A stretch of 64,000 nt of DNA from Hemiscyllium ocellatum (taxonomy: Eukaryota), in NCBI RefSeq assembly GCF_020745735.1, contig NC_083408.1, positions 32,766,484-32,830,483 on the forward strand, read 5' to 3'. How positions within the stretch are numbered: the first letter of the stretch is position 1; every line of letters starts with the position of its first letter. The position numbers and the translations under genes were made by a program. Positions 38,340 to 50,559 of this stretch are shown here, piece after piece. A model generated the notes under the pieces. It saw only the letters and a program-made list of their open reading frames with translations, ran no database searches and had not been told where the DNA came from.

Positions 38340-38516
38340 TCAGAAATTACATCACACCAGATTATAGTCCAACAGGTTCATTTGAAATCACAAGCTTTCG
38401 GAGCTCTGCTCCTTCCTCGGGTGAAGTTGGTGAACCTGATGAAGGATCGGGGTTCTGAAAGCTTGTGATTTCTAATGAACCTATGGACTATAACCTGGTA
38501 TCACGTGACTTCTGGC
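38340..38516. mobile_element. Short fold-back PLE-terminus element (family of 27111) with hammerhead core
   Basis: Arms CACCAGATTATAGTCC..AAGCTTTCGGAGC and CTGATGAAGGATCGGGGTTCTGAAAGCTT..GGACTATAACCTGGT. Confidence 0.75.
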
Positions 38517-38857
38517 ACCTTCACAACATAGAATATGAGTTCCCTGTTAATCGGATCCAATCAGGGATAGATATAAACAGGAGTGTCGGACATCCTGTTC
38601 ATTTTGAGAGCTGGCTCTGAGGAAGCTGTATCGGTGTCAAGGATTCCTCACGTGTCAATAAAGGGTGACTTGGTGACGGGATACTGGCCTCTGTGGAGTT
38701 ATTTCACTGACGTTATTTTCTATTTAGAGTGGATTTCCCCATTTCTCCACCCATTACTGTTGTTTAGAGATTTTTCCACTTTTCTAAATGGTGACTACCT
38801 ATTTTTTTCCAGAGGTTTTCTACCTTCTGCAGCTAAGGTGGAGTTTCCCTCTTTATG

Positions 38858-39272
38858 ATTAGATTAGATTCCCTACAGTGTGGAAACAGGCCCTTTGACC
38901 CAACCAGTCCACACCGACCCTCTGAAAAGTAACCCACCCAGATCCATTTCCCTCTGACTAATGCACCTAACACTATGGGCAATTTAGTGTGCTGCAAATG
39001 TGTTGCTGGTCAAAGCACAGCAGGTTAGGCAGCATCTCAGGAATAGAGAATTCGACGTTTCGAGCATAAGCCCTTCATCAGGAATAAGAGAGCCAAGCAG
39101 TGTGACCAATTCACCTAACCCGCACATCTTTGGACTGTGGGAGGAAACCCGAGCACCCAGAGGAAACCCACGCAGACACGGGGAGAATGTGCAAACTCCA
39201 CACAGACAGCCGCCCGAGGCTGGAATTGAACCTGAGACTCTGGTGCTGTAAGGCAACAGTGCTAACCACTGA
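38858..39272 (-). mobile_element. HE1-type SINE interrupted by a hammerhead-bearing PLE piece (38992-39098)
   Basis: SINE sequence is continuous across the insert. AGTGTG is duplicated at 38986-38991 and 39099-39104. Confidence 0.85.
39050..39085 (-). ncRNA. Minimal hammerhead ribozyme motif
   Basis: Reverse complement reads ATTC-CTGATGA-AGGGCTTATGCTC-GAAA-CGTC^GAAT. Confidence 0.82.
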
Positions 39273-40179
39273 ACAGCTGAACTAATGTTTTCCTACCTTT
39301 CAGGGATAAAACACTCAGCACTTTCTTCTACCATGCATTGCAGTTTTTCAGCAATGTGATACTGCTTAATCAGCTCACCAATTCTCAATACACGTTCTGA
39401 AATGATACTGTCACCTGGTTCTCAAATGCATGCCAGATCCACTCACAATGCATATGTCTAATTACCAACCTCGCTGAATGCACAACGTCCATTGTTTGAG
39501 CACATGCTTTAGATATGCATAGATCTATTACGCTACCATACAGAACACAGTGCAATTTACAAGGGTGAGGACCAGATGTCAGCCATGGAGATAACTGGGA
39601 TATCAGCACCAGTGGACACTGGAGATGAAGATATTCTAACTTCATTACTGAATGACAATAGCATTAAACATCTTCAGCCTAAATTTCATATAAGATTCAG
39701 TCATGTTGGCCTGATTTTAGCATTGACTGAAGTATGATGATTTGAATTTCAGGCTTTTTTTACACTCCCACAATAAGTTATATCAGTTTTTTTCACCAGA
39801 GCCAGCACGTGAAGAATGGAATCTGTGCCTTAGCATTATAAGTTTTTCAAATGAGCTGATTCCTTCTGAGAATGTATTATCACAGGACACAGACTTAACA
39901 GCACAGATACCATCACGATAATGGTGTTCTGTTAGAGAGCCAGGTTGGATTTCAACTTGAGGAATCACAGTTCGCAAGGAAGTATGAGCAGAGAGCATTG
40001 GTAAGGACTGATGTCGACAGTCCCTCTTGGTGAAGACTACTCCTGCCAAGTTCTACTCTGCTGGATAGAGAGGCTGAAATTCTCATTAACAAAATGGAGA
40101 ATGATGGACTCAAAATATTGGAAATACTCAGCTGATGGGCAGCATCGGTGGATAGACAAAGTTTACATTTTAGATTAAT

Positions 40180-41300
40180 GGCTTTTGGCTAGATTGTTCT
40201 GACACAAGGTTCTTGGCTGTATATTAGCATGGATAAAGGAATGGCTAAGAGTTGGGATAATGAGATTTTCAGGATAGCAACCTGTAACTAGTGGAATACC
40301 ACAGAGTTTAGTGCTGGGGCCACAAAATGACTTGGATGAGGAAAATGAATTTACTATAGCCAAGCTTTCAGATGACACAAAAATAAATGGTGAGATGATA
40401 CAGACTCTGCAGAGGGATATAGACAAGTTAAGCAAGTGGGAAAAAACTGAGCGGATAGAATATAACGTGGAAAAATGCCAATCTGGCAGGAACAATAGAG
40501 GAGCTCAATATTATTTAAATGGAGAAAGTCTGCAGACAGCTAGAGAACAGAGGGAATTTGGGTGTCTTCAAATCTCAGAAAGCTAACATACAAGGTCAGC
40601 AGATGATAGGGAATGCTGGTCTTTATTTCGAAAGGAATGGAATAATAAAGTTGGGAGGTTTCGCTAAAACTATACAAAGCACTAGTCAAACCATAACTGA
40701 AATATTGTGAACAGTTTTGGGCTCCTTAGGAAAGATGTAATGGCATTGGATGCAGTCCAGAGAACACTTATTAGGCTGATATTAGGTATTTTGGGGGTGG
40801 GGAGAAGGCAGCAGAGAGACTCTGATGAGGACAGATTGTGTGTGTTGGGCTTTTACTCATTGGAATTTAGAAGATTGAGAAGATTGTGAAAACATACTGG
40901 ACTATTTTAAAGTAAAAAGTGAGGTCTGCAGATGCTGGAGATCAGAGCTGAAAATGTGTTGCTGGTTAAAGCGCAGCAGGTCAGGCAGCATCCAAGGAAC
41001 AGGAAATTTGACGTTTCGGGCATAAGCCCTTCATCAGGATGAAGGGCCTATGCCCGAAACGTCGAATTTCCTATTCCTTGGATGCTGCCTGACCTGCTGC
41101 GCTTTAACCAGCAACACATTTTCAGCTCTGGACTATTTTAAAGGTGATTTCATAGTGTAGATGCAGAAAGGTCGTTTCACCTTGTCCGGGAGTTTAGATC
41201 CAGAGGATAGAATCTCAATAAAAGGGATACACGTTTAAGACAAAGATGATAAAGAATTTATTCTTTTGGAGGGTAGTGGAATACTTTACTATAGAGGACT
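40180..41300 (+). mobile_element. Decayed CR1 LINE RT/3' fragment
   Basis: ORF 40311-40586 (IAKLSDDTKI..LQRDIDKLSKW..YNVEKC). Confidence 0.75.
40913..41127. mobile_element. Young fold-back PLE-terminus insertion with 16-bp TSD
   Basis: TSD CTGGACTATTTTAAAG at 40897-40912 and 41128-41143. The arms meet at CCCTTCATC-AG-GATGAAGGG. Confidence 0.9.
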
Positions 41301-41541
41301 GCCGAGTTTGGGATGTTGGAATTTTACTAGTACTTTGTTGTTGGAACAATTGTCTCATTCCTAGAATATTGTTATAGGAGACCCTCAGGATAATATACTG
41401 GGCCCAAATAACGGGGATGTTTTTGAATGCAGGCAAAGTGTTCAGTACTATACACAGCTCCTCAGATGCTGAAACAGTACACATCCCAATGCACCAAGAT
41501 CTAGGCAACATTCCGGGCTTGGACTGATACATGGCAAGTAA

Positions 41542-41647
41542 AAAGTGAGGTCTGCAGATGCTGGAGATCAGAAAGTGAGGTCTGCAGATGCTGTTCCTTG
41601 GATGCTGCCTGACCTGCTGTGCTTTAACCAGCAACACATTTTCAGCT
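41542..41647. mobile_element. Minimal PLE-terminus insertion with 18-bp TSD
   Basis: TSD CTGATACATGGCAAGTAA at 41524-41541 and 41648-41665. Two tandem AAAGTGAGGTCTGCAGATGCTG copies followed by an opposite-strand piece. Confidence 0.85.
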
Positions 41648-42769
41648 CTGATACATGGCAAGTAATGATTAGCCCACATTTGCAATCAACATCTCCAATA
41701 AGCATTTAACCATCCTCTCTCTCAAATTCAACAGCACTGGGGGCGAGTTAACTATTAACCAGAAACTTCGCAGGATTAGTTTGATCAAAGGTTGGAAGCT
41801 GTGTGAAGAAAAGCACTATAGACGCTGGAAATCCTAAACAAAAGTAGAAGTTGCTGGAGAAATTCAGATGCTCTGGCAGCATCTGCAACGAAAGCACAGT
41901 AAATGGTTTGTGTCCAGTGACCCTTCTGGTTTTTCAGCTGGAGCTGAAATAGGTAACTTACCTTCAGAGTTCCCGAAGTCGATTTCCACGATCTACAACA
42001 CACAAATAATGAGCAGTATGGAATACTTGCCGAGATGACTGCAGTTCCAAACACTCAAGAAGCTCAATGTCATGCAAGATGAAGCAGCCCACTTGATTGG
42101 CACCCCATCCCCACCTTCACCTTTCATTCCCTCCATCCCTGATATAGCGACTGTGAAGTAAACCAAATACAAAATGCACAGCAGCAACTCACCATGGCTC
42201 CTTTAACAGCATCCTGCAACCTTTACCAAATAGATTAAAGGCAGCAGATGCATATGAGCAACACTGCTTGCATGTTTCCCTCTCCAGCCCATGCCATGTT
42301 GAACTGGCAGTAAATCACTGTTCCTACTGAAAATCCTGAAAACCTTCCGTAATAAAAATTTTAGATGTAGCTAAACTAAATGAACTGCCAAGGCTGAAGA
42401 AGGCAGTTCACTGCCTTTTTGAGCTCAAAGGGGAAGTGGGCAATAAATCCATCATTATGAGGTAGTGACTCATCCCATGAAACAACTTGAAGAAAGAGAA
42501 TTTCAGAACAGCTTTCAGGAGGCAGACAAGCATTGATGACAGTATAAACAATACTATTCCCTGGGAAGACCATCAATATATCAATGAGTTGGAGGTCAGT
42601 CTCAGCTCCCTTTATTAAATGTATGTAAGGTTGAGAGAAAGGTAGAAGCAGAATGTGCTGACCCTTAGAATTGGATGTAATTTTCTTTAGCCAAAGAAAG
42701 TGGCAAGTAATGTTTGATGAATGACATTTGTGTCACACCTTCATCCTGCATTATTGAGGCTGTTTTTGA

Positions 42770-42990
42770 AGTAAGACCAAAGGACACAGGCCATTCAGCC
42801 CATTGAGTCTGTTCCGCCAATGAGCTCATAACTGATCTGATCATTCTCAACTCCACTTTCCTGCCTTTGCCCATAGTCCTCGATTCCCAACTGGTTAAAA
42901 ATCTGTCTCTTAGCCTTGACAATCCTTAATGACCCAGCCTGAACAGCCCTCTGTGGTAAAGAATTCCGAAGATTCACTACCCACTCAGAA
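42770..42990 (-). mobile_element. CR1 3' end
   Basis: ORF 42795-42977 (NLRNSLPQRAVQAGSL) and GGCCATTCAGCCC tail. Confidence 0.75.
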
Positions 42991-43834
42991 TTTTCACAAA
43001 TATCATTTGGACCATCAATTCACTGTACAATTTTCATAAGAGCTTAATTTTGGGTCCCTGACAACCCATCTAAAGTGTCAGTGGTAAGCCCACTAAAATA
43101 ATGGCAGCTGCTCCTCAGCAATTTAAAGCTTCCATTACACACGGGTAACCCACGAGGAAAATTCTCCTCTTCCCAATCTCAAATAATAGGATGCAGCTTT
43201 TAAGTGGCTATAATTGGTCGTTAAAGGTCTCAAAAAGGCAAGCAGTGGGCCTGATAAGTGTATGTCCAAATCTGGTCATGAGCATCTCTATTTTCATCAC
43301 TTCACCTTTGCTGGAGGACTTTCAATTACCCCAAGCTCTGTAAATCCTCCCAAACTTCTCCGTCCTCAATTATGTTCTTTAGGACCTGTCTATTTTACCA
43401 ACTATGATTGTGTAGCTTAGTGTCATATCTTGTCCTATAAAACAACTTTATTTGGAGCGCTTAGGTTACAGTACTACTCTACAGATGGAGCCTAGCCTCT
43501 CTTTGAACAGAAGTAATGTGAGGCCACCCTGGAGGAAGCAGTATTACGGCCTTTAGATTCAATGTACAACAAGCATTCTAGGTAACCAGTTTAAAAAAAA
43601 CCCTTAAGAGGTTCACGTTTAGATTTATGTGAAGGATGACAACTTAAGGGAGGTGTCTGAGGGAGGTTCACTAACCAAAAATTCTTTGGATTGCTGTGAC
43701 TGAAAATTAGCCAGGCGGGTGGGTGGGTGGGGGGAGTGAATGGAAGAACTGATGTTGTTGGTAAATTTGCCAACCTTCATGTTATGTTTCCCATACCCAT
43801 GCTAAACAATCCAAGTTATATGAGCAACAGTATA

Positions 43835-44158
43835 GGGGTAAAAACAATGACTGGTTTCCAGCATCCTCTCCCACTGCAACTCCCAGCTCATTTCCTCTGC
43901 CCTGAAGTTCTTCAACCATGTCGTGCCTACCTGCCTATCTCCTTTTCCACCTATTCACTCCATCCTCTCCTCCCTGACCTATCACCTTCATCCCCTCGCC
44001 CACTCATCCATTGTACTCTATGCTACTTTCTCCCCACCCCCACCCTCCTCCAGCTTATCTCTCCACGCTTCAGGCTCACTGCCTTTATTCCTGATGAAGG
44101 GTTTTTGCCTGAAACGTCGATTTCACTGCTCCTTGGATGCTGCCTGAACTGCTGTGAT
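43835..44158 (+). mobile_element. PLE 3' fragment with hammerhead (44087-44122) and a short inverted tail
   Basis: ATTC-CTGATGA-AGGGTTTTTGCCT-GAAA-CGTC^GATT. TSD CAACAGTATA at 43825-43834 and 44159-44168. Confidence 0.8.
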
Positions 44159-45721
44159 CAACAGTATACTCCATTAGCTTTTAAAAGGACTTGTTTAACC
44201 TGAAAAAAATCATTGCAAATAGATTCTAAACTTATTAAGACTACCAACAAAAGCATAATACATATACATGATCTATGTACAAGAAAGTGATGAAAACCTC
44301 AGAGGCCCTCTTGTCATGCAGTGGTAGTGTCCCTATCACTGAACTCAGAGATCTGGGTTCAAGTCCCAACTGCTAAAGGTGTGTAATAATATCTCTTAAC
44401 ATATTGATGCGAAAAATAGATTAAACAAAATAAATGAAAATCTCAGAGCTTTAAACTAAAACAAGTCAAATTCATTTTAATATAGAACCTGATATGAAGT
44501 GCAGAGCTAGAGACAGTTCAATTTCCATTTCTAGAAGAACATGTTCAAACAAAAAAAAAATCCTGTTTGATACTCTTCACAAAAATGCTTTATTTGTACC
44601 AAGAATCCTATTGGAAGCTGGGAGAAAATATACACTCCAAACCCCACAGTGTTCTGGAATGAAGAGTGACGGTGCATAGTGAACAGGCTAGCAGACACAA
44701 TAATGGTAAATTGCCACCTGTGAAACATCTTTATTTGATTCTGGATTTGATTGTACATTTCTAATAGTGCTTTCAGTAATTTACATGTTTTTCAAAGTCC
44801 CATACCTAAGCTTTATTGGAATTCGCTTTGGGCTCTCTCATTTTCTCTATGTTGCTTGTCATCAGGCAGTTTGTAGCAGGTAAAGAGAAACGAAAATTGG
44901 CAAACAGACAAGCAAAAACTATTTCTAAAGGCTGACGAGGGCACAGATTTAAAATGATTGGCAAGAGAACCAGAGGTGATAAAAAGGAAAAACTATTTTT
45001 CATACAACAAATGGTCAGCATTTAGAATGTGCTACCTGATATTTGCCCTCAAATACATTGTAAGGATGTGGACAAAGAGCAAGGTAATAGGATGAACTGG
45101 ACTGCTCTTCAGAACAACTGACATCGACTCAAATGGTCTGAATGGCGTCCTTCTGTGCTGCATTTTTCTTTGATTCTATGAAACAAATGGAGTTGGTTGG
45201 TGATAACATATTCCAAGCTTTCCTAAGCAATAGACTGCAGAGAGAGGGGGCCTGGTCTTAGACTTTTTGAGAAAGCTGCAACAGTTTTGATGGGTATGGG
45301 TAGAGACAGTGCTAACAGCAAAGATTGTCGGTTTGACACAAATGGCATACTTCTCTCAAATGAGATGAGCTAATCTCCAGCATAGGAACTGTAAAATACA
45401 TAACTGCATCTCCTGAACCACTCCCATGCCATTGTGGTAACAAAACTAAGAGACGAAAAAAACAAAACTTTAAAAATTATATTCAGACTAATAGTTGTTA
45501 CAAATTCTCCTCAATCTATGATATGGATTTAAAATAATATTACAAACTGTAATCAGTGAAAAAGCCGTAAAATGCGAGTGATGGTTTAATTAAAAATCAG
45601 CATTACTAAAGATCTATTAGTTCTGAATTTTAACTCAGCAATCGTTTTGCTTTCTGTTCAACATTTACATATGATTTAAATCATAATATAACAAAAACCT
45701 TCAAGAAAACTTGGGGTGTGG

Positions 45722-46285
45722 ACACTATGGACAATTTAGAATGGCCAATCCACCAAACTTGCACATCTTTGGACTGTGGGAGGAAGGCCACGCAGACACA
45801 GGGAGAATGTGCAAACTCCCACACAGACAGTGACCGTGCACATTTTTACAGCAGCGACTTGGGTTACACGTCAGGAACCATGTGGAAGGCCTGACGCAGC
45901 AACTCTGCAGCAAGTGCTTGTGAAGTTGTCAAGGGCAGCACGGTGGCTCAGTGGTTCACACTGCTGCCTCACAGCAATCTAGGCTTGAGTGCACCTTTAG
46001 GGTGACTGTGCTGAATATGCACATTCTCCCAGATCTCCCGTGGGTTTCCTCTGGGTCCTCCGACTTCCTCCCACAATCCAAAATTGTGTAGGTTAGGTGG
46101 ATTGGTCATGCTAAATTATCTAGTAGTGTCCAGGGATGTATAGGCTAGGTGGATTAACTGTGGTAAACTAGGGGTTACGGGAATTGGGGTGGAATTTGGG
46201 TGTAATGGTCTTTGGAGGGTTGATGCAGACTGGTTAGGTGAAAAATAGTTTTTTTTATGCACTGTTGGGGTCCTATGATTCAATG
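45722..46285. mobile_element. Two HE1-type SINE pieces (45722-45833 minus; 45933-46285 plus)
   Basis: V-domain sequence and GGGCAGCACGGTGGCTCAGTGG head. Confidence 0.75.
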
Positions 46286-46519
46286 AAATTTAAATCTCCA
46301 GTGGGCAATTCCAGTAATCACTGTTGTAAAAGCCCAGCTGGTTTTCTAATGTCGTTTAAGGAAGCAATCTGCTAGGCTCACCTAATCTGGCCTACATGTG
46401 ACTCTAGACCCACAGCAATGTGTTGTTGGGCAATAAACATTGTTTTTTTTCCAGTGACACATATATTCCATGAAAAAATGTATACAAAAACCACTGAATT
46501 TAAGTGCTTTTTTGCTGAT

Positions 46520-48810
46520 CAGAATCAAGTCAGATCAGTTTACCTTCATGTGAATCCAAGGAAAGCGATGGGACCAGATCAAGTATCAGGCCGTACACTC
46601 AGAGCATGCACAGATCAACTGGCAGAGGTCTTCTCAGAGAGCTTCAACCTCCCCCTGCAGCAGACCACTGTCCCTGCGTATTTCAAGAGGGCCAACATCA
46701 TCCCTGTGCCTATGAAGGCTCATGCAGCATGTCTCGATGACTGCAGCCCAGTGGCCCTAACTTCAGTGGTCATGAAGTGCTTCAAAAGGCTGGGCATGGC
46801 ATTAATCAACTCCAGCCTCCCCACTACTCTTGACCCACTCCAATTTGCCTATCGGATCAATAGATCCACGTCAGATGCCAAATCACTTGTCCTTCGCTCC
46901 TCCTGAGAACATCTTGACATTAAGAACAGCTACATTAGAATCCTCCTCATTGACTACAGTTCAGCCTTCAATACCTATGCCTCGAGGCTGAATGCTAAAT
47001 TTAGTGATCTCTGATTAAGCCCCACTGTCTGCAACTGTATCCTCCGTTTCCTGACCCACAGGCCACAATCAGTGAAGATTGGGGAAAATATTTCATCATC
47101 ACTAACACTCAACACTGGAGCCCCCTACTGTACTCATGTATACCCATGACTGCGTTGCCAAACACCAGACTAATGCCATTTATAAGTTCGCTGATGACAC
47201 CACCATAATTGGTTAAATCTCAGATGGCTACGAAACAGGCTACAGACGGGAGGTGGGAGACCTGCAAAAATGGTGCACTGAGAACAACCTAGCTCTCAAT
47301 GCTGGCAAAACCAAGGAACTCATTATTGACTTTTGGCAGGATGTTACTCATGCCCCCCTACATATTAATAGCACAGAGTGGAACGAGTAGAGAGTGTCAA
47401 GTTCCTGGGAGTGGTCATCCACAATAAGCTTCCTTGGATTCTTCATTTGGACACACTGCTTGCAAAGGCCCAACAACGTCTCTTCTTCCCCAGGCAGCTG
47501 AGGAAATCTGGCATGACAGCAAATACCCTTACCAATTTTTATAGGTGTGCCATCGAGAGCATTCTGTCTGGATGTACCACTACCTGGTATGGCAACTGTA
47601 CCATTCAAGATTGGAGATGGTTACAGAGAATGGTGAACTGAGCCCGGACAATCACAAAGGCCAACCTCCCATCTAAAGAATCCATCTACCAAGCCCGCTG
47701 TCAAGGAAAGGCCACCAGCATTCTCAGAGATCCATCCCACCCTAGCAATGCTTTTCCCCAACCTCTACCATCAGGGAGAAGGTACAGAAGCATGAACACA
47801 GGCACCAGCTGATTTCAAAACAGTTTCTTCTCTACTGTAGTTAGAATATTGAATAGACTCACAAATTCTTAGAACATAGAACATAGAAAAATACAGCGCA
47901 GTACAGGCCCTTTGGCCCTCGATGTTGCGCCGATCCAAGCCCACCTAGCCTACACTAGCCCACTATCCTCCATATGTCTATCCAATGCCCGTTTAAATGC
48001 CCATAAAGAGGGAGAGTCCACCACTGCTACTGGCAGGGCATTCCAAGAACTCACGACTCGCTGAGTAAAGAATTTACCCCTAACATCTGTCCTATACCTA
48101 CCACCCCTTAATTTAAAGCTATGCCCCCTCGTAATAGCTGACTCCATACGTGGAAAAAGGTTCTCATTGTCAACCCTATCTAAACCCCTAATCATCTTGT
48201 ACACCTCTATCAAGTCACCCCTAAACATTCTTTTCTCCAATGAAAACAGCCCCAAGTGCCTCAGCCTTTCCTCATACGATCTTCCTACCATACCAGGCAA
48301 CATCCTGTAAACCTCCTCTGCAACATTCCAGTGCCTCCACATCCTTTCTATAGTATGGCGACCAAAACTGCACACAATACTCCAGATGCGGCCGCACCAG
48401 AGTCTTATACAACTGCAACATGACCTCAGGACTCTGGAACTCAATTCCTCTACCAATAAAAGCCAGTACGTCATATGCCTTCTTCACAGCACTATTTACC
48501 TGGATGGCAACTTTCAGAGATCTGTGTACATGGACACCAAGATCCCTCTGCTCATCCACACTACCAAGTATCCGACCATTAGCCCAGTACTCCATCTCCT
48601 TGTTACTCTTACCAAAGTGAATCACTTCACACTTATCTACATTGAACTCCATTAACATTCACTTGTACCTGTGTTTTTGTTTTTGCTGCTGTTTACCTAT
48701 TATTTACTTATCTATGCTATTTTACTCTGTGATCTGCCTGTATTGCTCACAAGCCAAAGCTTTTCACTGTGCCTCAGTACACGTGACAATAAATTCAATT
48801 CAATTCAAAA
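46520..48810 (+). mobile_element. Rex1/Babar LINE, 5'-truncated and decayed, with its 3' UTR interrupted by a CR1
   Basis: NPRKAMGPDQVSGRTLRAC..PVALTSVVMKCF..LDPLQFAYR; KFADD near 47185; ERVESVKFLGV..NFYRCAIESIL; tail GTGACAATAAA(TTCAA)n. Confidence 0.88.
47871..48651 (-). mobile_element. Young CR1 LINE 3' fragment
   Basis: MEFNVDKCEVIHFG..LVRPHLEYCVQFWSP..YEERLRHLGLFSLEKR..FFTQRVVSSWNALP; (AGAACAT)n tail. Confidence 0.92.
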
Positions 48811-49234
48811 TAGGGCTTATCAGAAGAGCCTTTATTTATAAAAGCCTAAGATTCCATTGCCTTACTGACTGCTTTCTATTCTACTAGCTTCAATAAATTC
48901 TGCATATCCCCATGGTTCTATGTTCTTGCAATTCCTGAAGAGTTGTATACTTTATTTCACATTGTGCCTTTTTATTCCTGCCACCAAAATACATCATTTC
49001 ACACCTATACAAAAGCAACATACTGCATATTCTGTAAATCTGCAATGAAAACAGAAAATGATGGAGAAACTGAACAGTTTCACAGCATCTGCGACAACAG
49101 AAACAGAAATATCATTTCAAAACCTGTCATATCAGTCTCAAAGCATTAAACATTTCTCTCTCCCCAGATGCTGCTAGATCTGTTGAGTTTCTCCAGTCCT
49201 TTATTTCCCTTTCACATTCATCTGCATTAATCGT

Positions 49235-50108
49235 AGTCTGCCAAAGGTTACCTCAGAATAAAACGGGATCTTGAACAGATGGGCTAATGGGCCAAGGAGT
49301 AGTTGATGGAGTTTAACTTAGATAAATGTGAGGCGCTGCATTTTGGAAAGTCAAATCAGGGCAGGACTTATACACTTAATGGTAAGGTCCTAGGGAGTGT
49401 TGCTGAACAAAGAGACCTTGGACTGCAGGTTCATAGTTCCTTGATAGTGGAGTCTCAGGTAGATAGGATAGTGAAAAAGGCATTTAGAATGTTTTCCTTT
49501 ATTGGTGAGAGTATTGAGTATAGGAGTTGGGAGGTCATGCAGTGACTGTACAGGACATTGGTTAGACCACTTTTGGAATCTGTGTGCAATTCTGGTCTCA
49601 CTCCTGCAAGGAAGGATACAGTGAAATATGAAAGGGTTCAGAAAGCATTTACAAAGATGTTGCCAGGGTTGGAAGGTTTGAGCTATACAGAGAGGCTGGT
49701 GCTGTTTTCCCTGGAGAAGCAGAGGCTGAAAGGTGACCTTATTGAGGTTTATAAAAGCCTGAGGGGCATGGATAGAGTAAATAAACAAAGTCTTTTCTCT
49801 GGAGTAGGGGAATCCAGAACAAGACAGCATAAATTTAAGGTGACAGGAGAAAGGTTTAAAAGGGACCTAAGGGGCAACTGTTTCACGCAAAGGGTGGTGC
49901 GTGTATGGAATGAGCTGCCAGAGGAAGTGGAGGCTGGTACAGTTACAAACATTTAAAAGGTATGTGGATGGGTACAAGAATAGGAAGGGCTTAGAAGGTT
50001 ATGGGTCAAGTGCTGGTAAATGGGACTAGATTTGTTTAGGATATCAGGTCAGCATGGACAAGTTGGACCAAATGGTCCGTTTCTGTGCTGTACATCTCTA
50101 TGACTCTA
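49235..50108 (+). mobile_element. CR1 LINE 3' fragment
   Basis: ORFs 49303-49545 and 49558-49956 carry CR1 C-terminal motifs; CTCTATGACTCTA tail. Confidence 0.88.
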
Positions 50109-50244
50109 AACAGCCTCTGCCCTCCACTCAATCACTATCCTCCTCAGTTTAGAACACCTTCAAAATATAGTGGCATCTGCAAATATTGAGATTGTGCCAT
50201 GTACATCAGAGTGTGATCATCTTATGCTGCATTAGTCCTCCATT

Positions 50245-50525
50245 AGGTGCTAAAGTGCACTCTTACCACACTCCTCCCCACCCCATTTGGTACTGAGCTG
50301 CACTGTTCTTCCCCATTTGGTGCTGAGCTGCAGTACTTTCCCTCCCATCTAAGATTAGATTTAGTTACACTATTCCACTCCAAAATTAAACTTTTTCCCC
50401 TTCCTCAAAATAAGAATGAACTGCACTATTTGCTTTTCCTACCACCAATTATGTGCTGAGCTATATTTTTCCCCTTCTCTAAAAGGAAGAACTGCACTAC
50501 TTCCCCCAAATTGCAGCTGAGCCAG
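50245..50525. repeat. Degenerate ~30-bp tandem repeat
   Basis: Recurrent ATTTGGTRCTGAGCTGCAC(T)..TTCCCC units. Confidence 0.55.
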
Positions 50526-50559
50526 CCTGTTGCCTTCAGCAGGCAAAACCAGGAAACTG

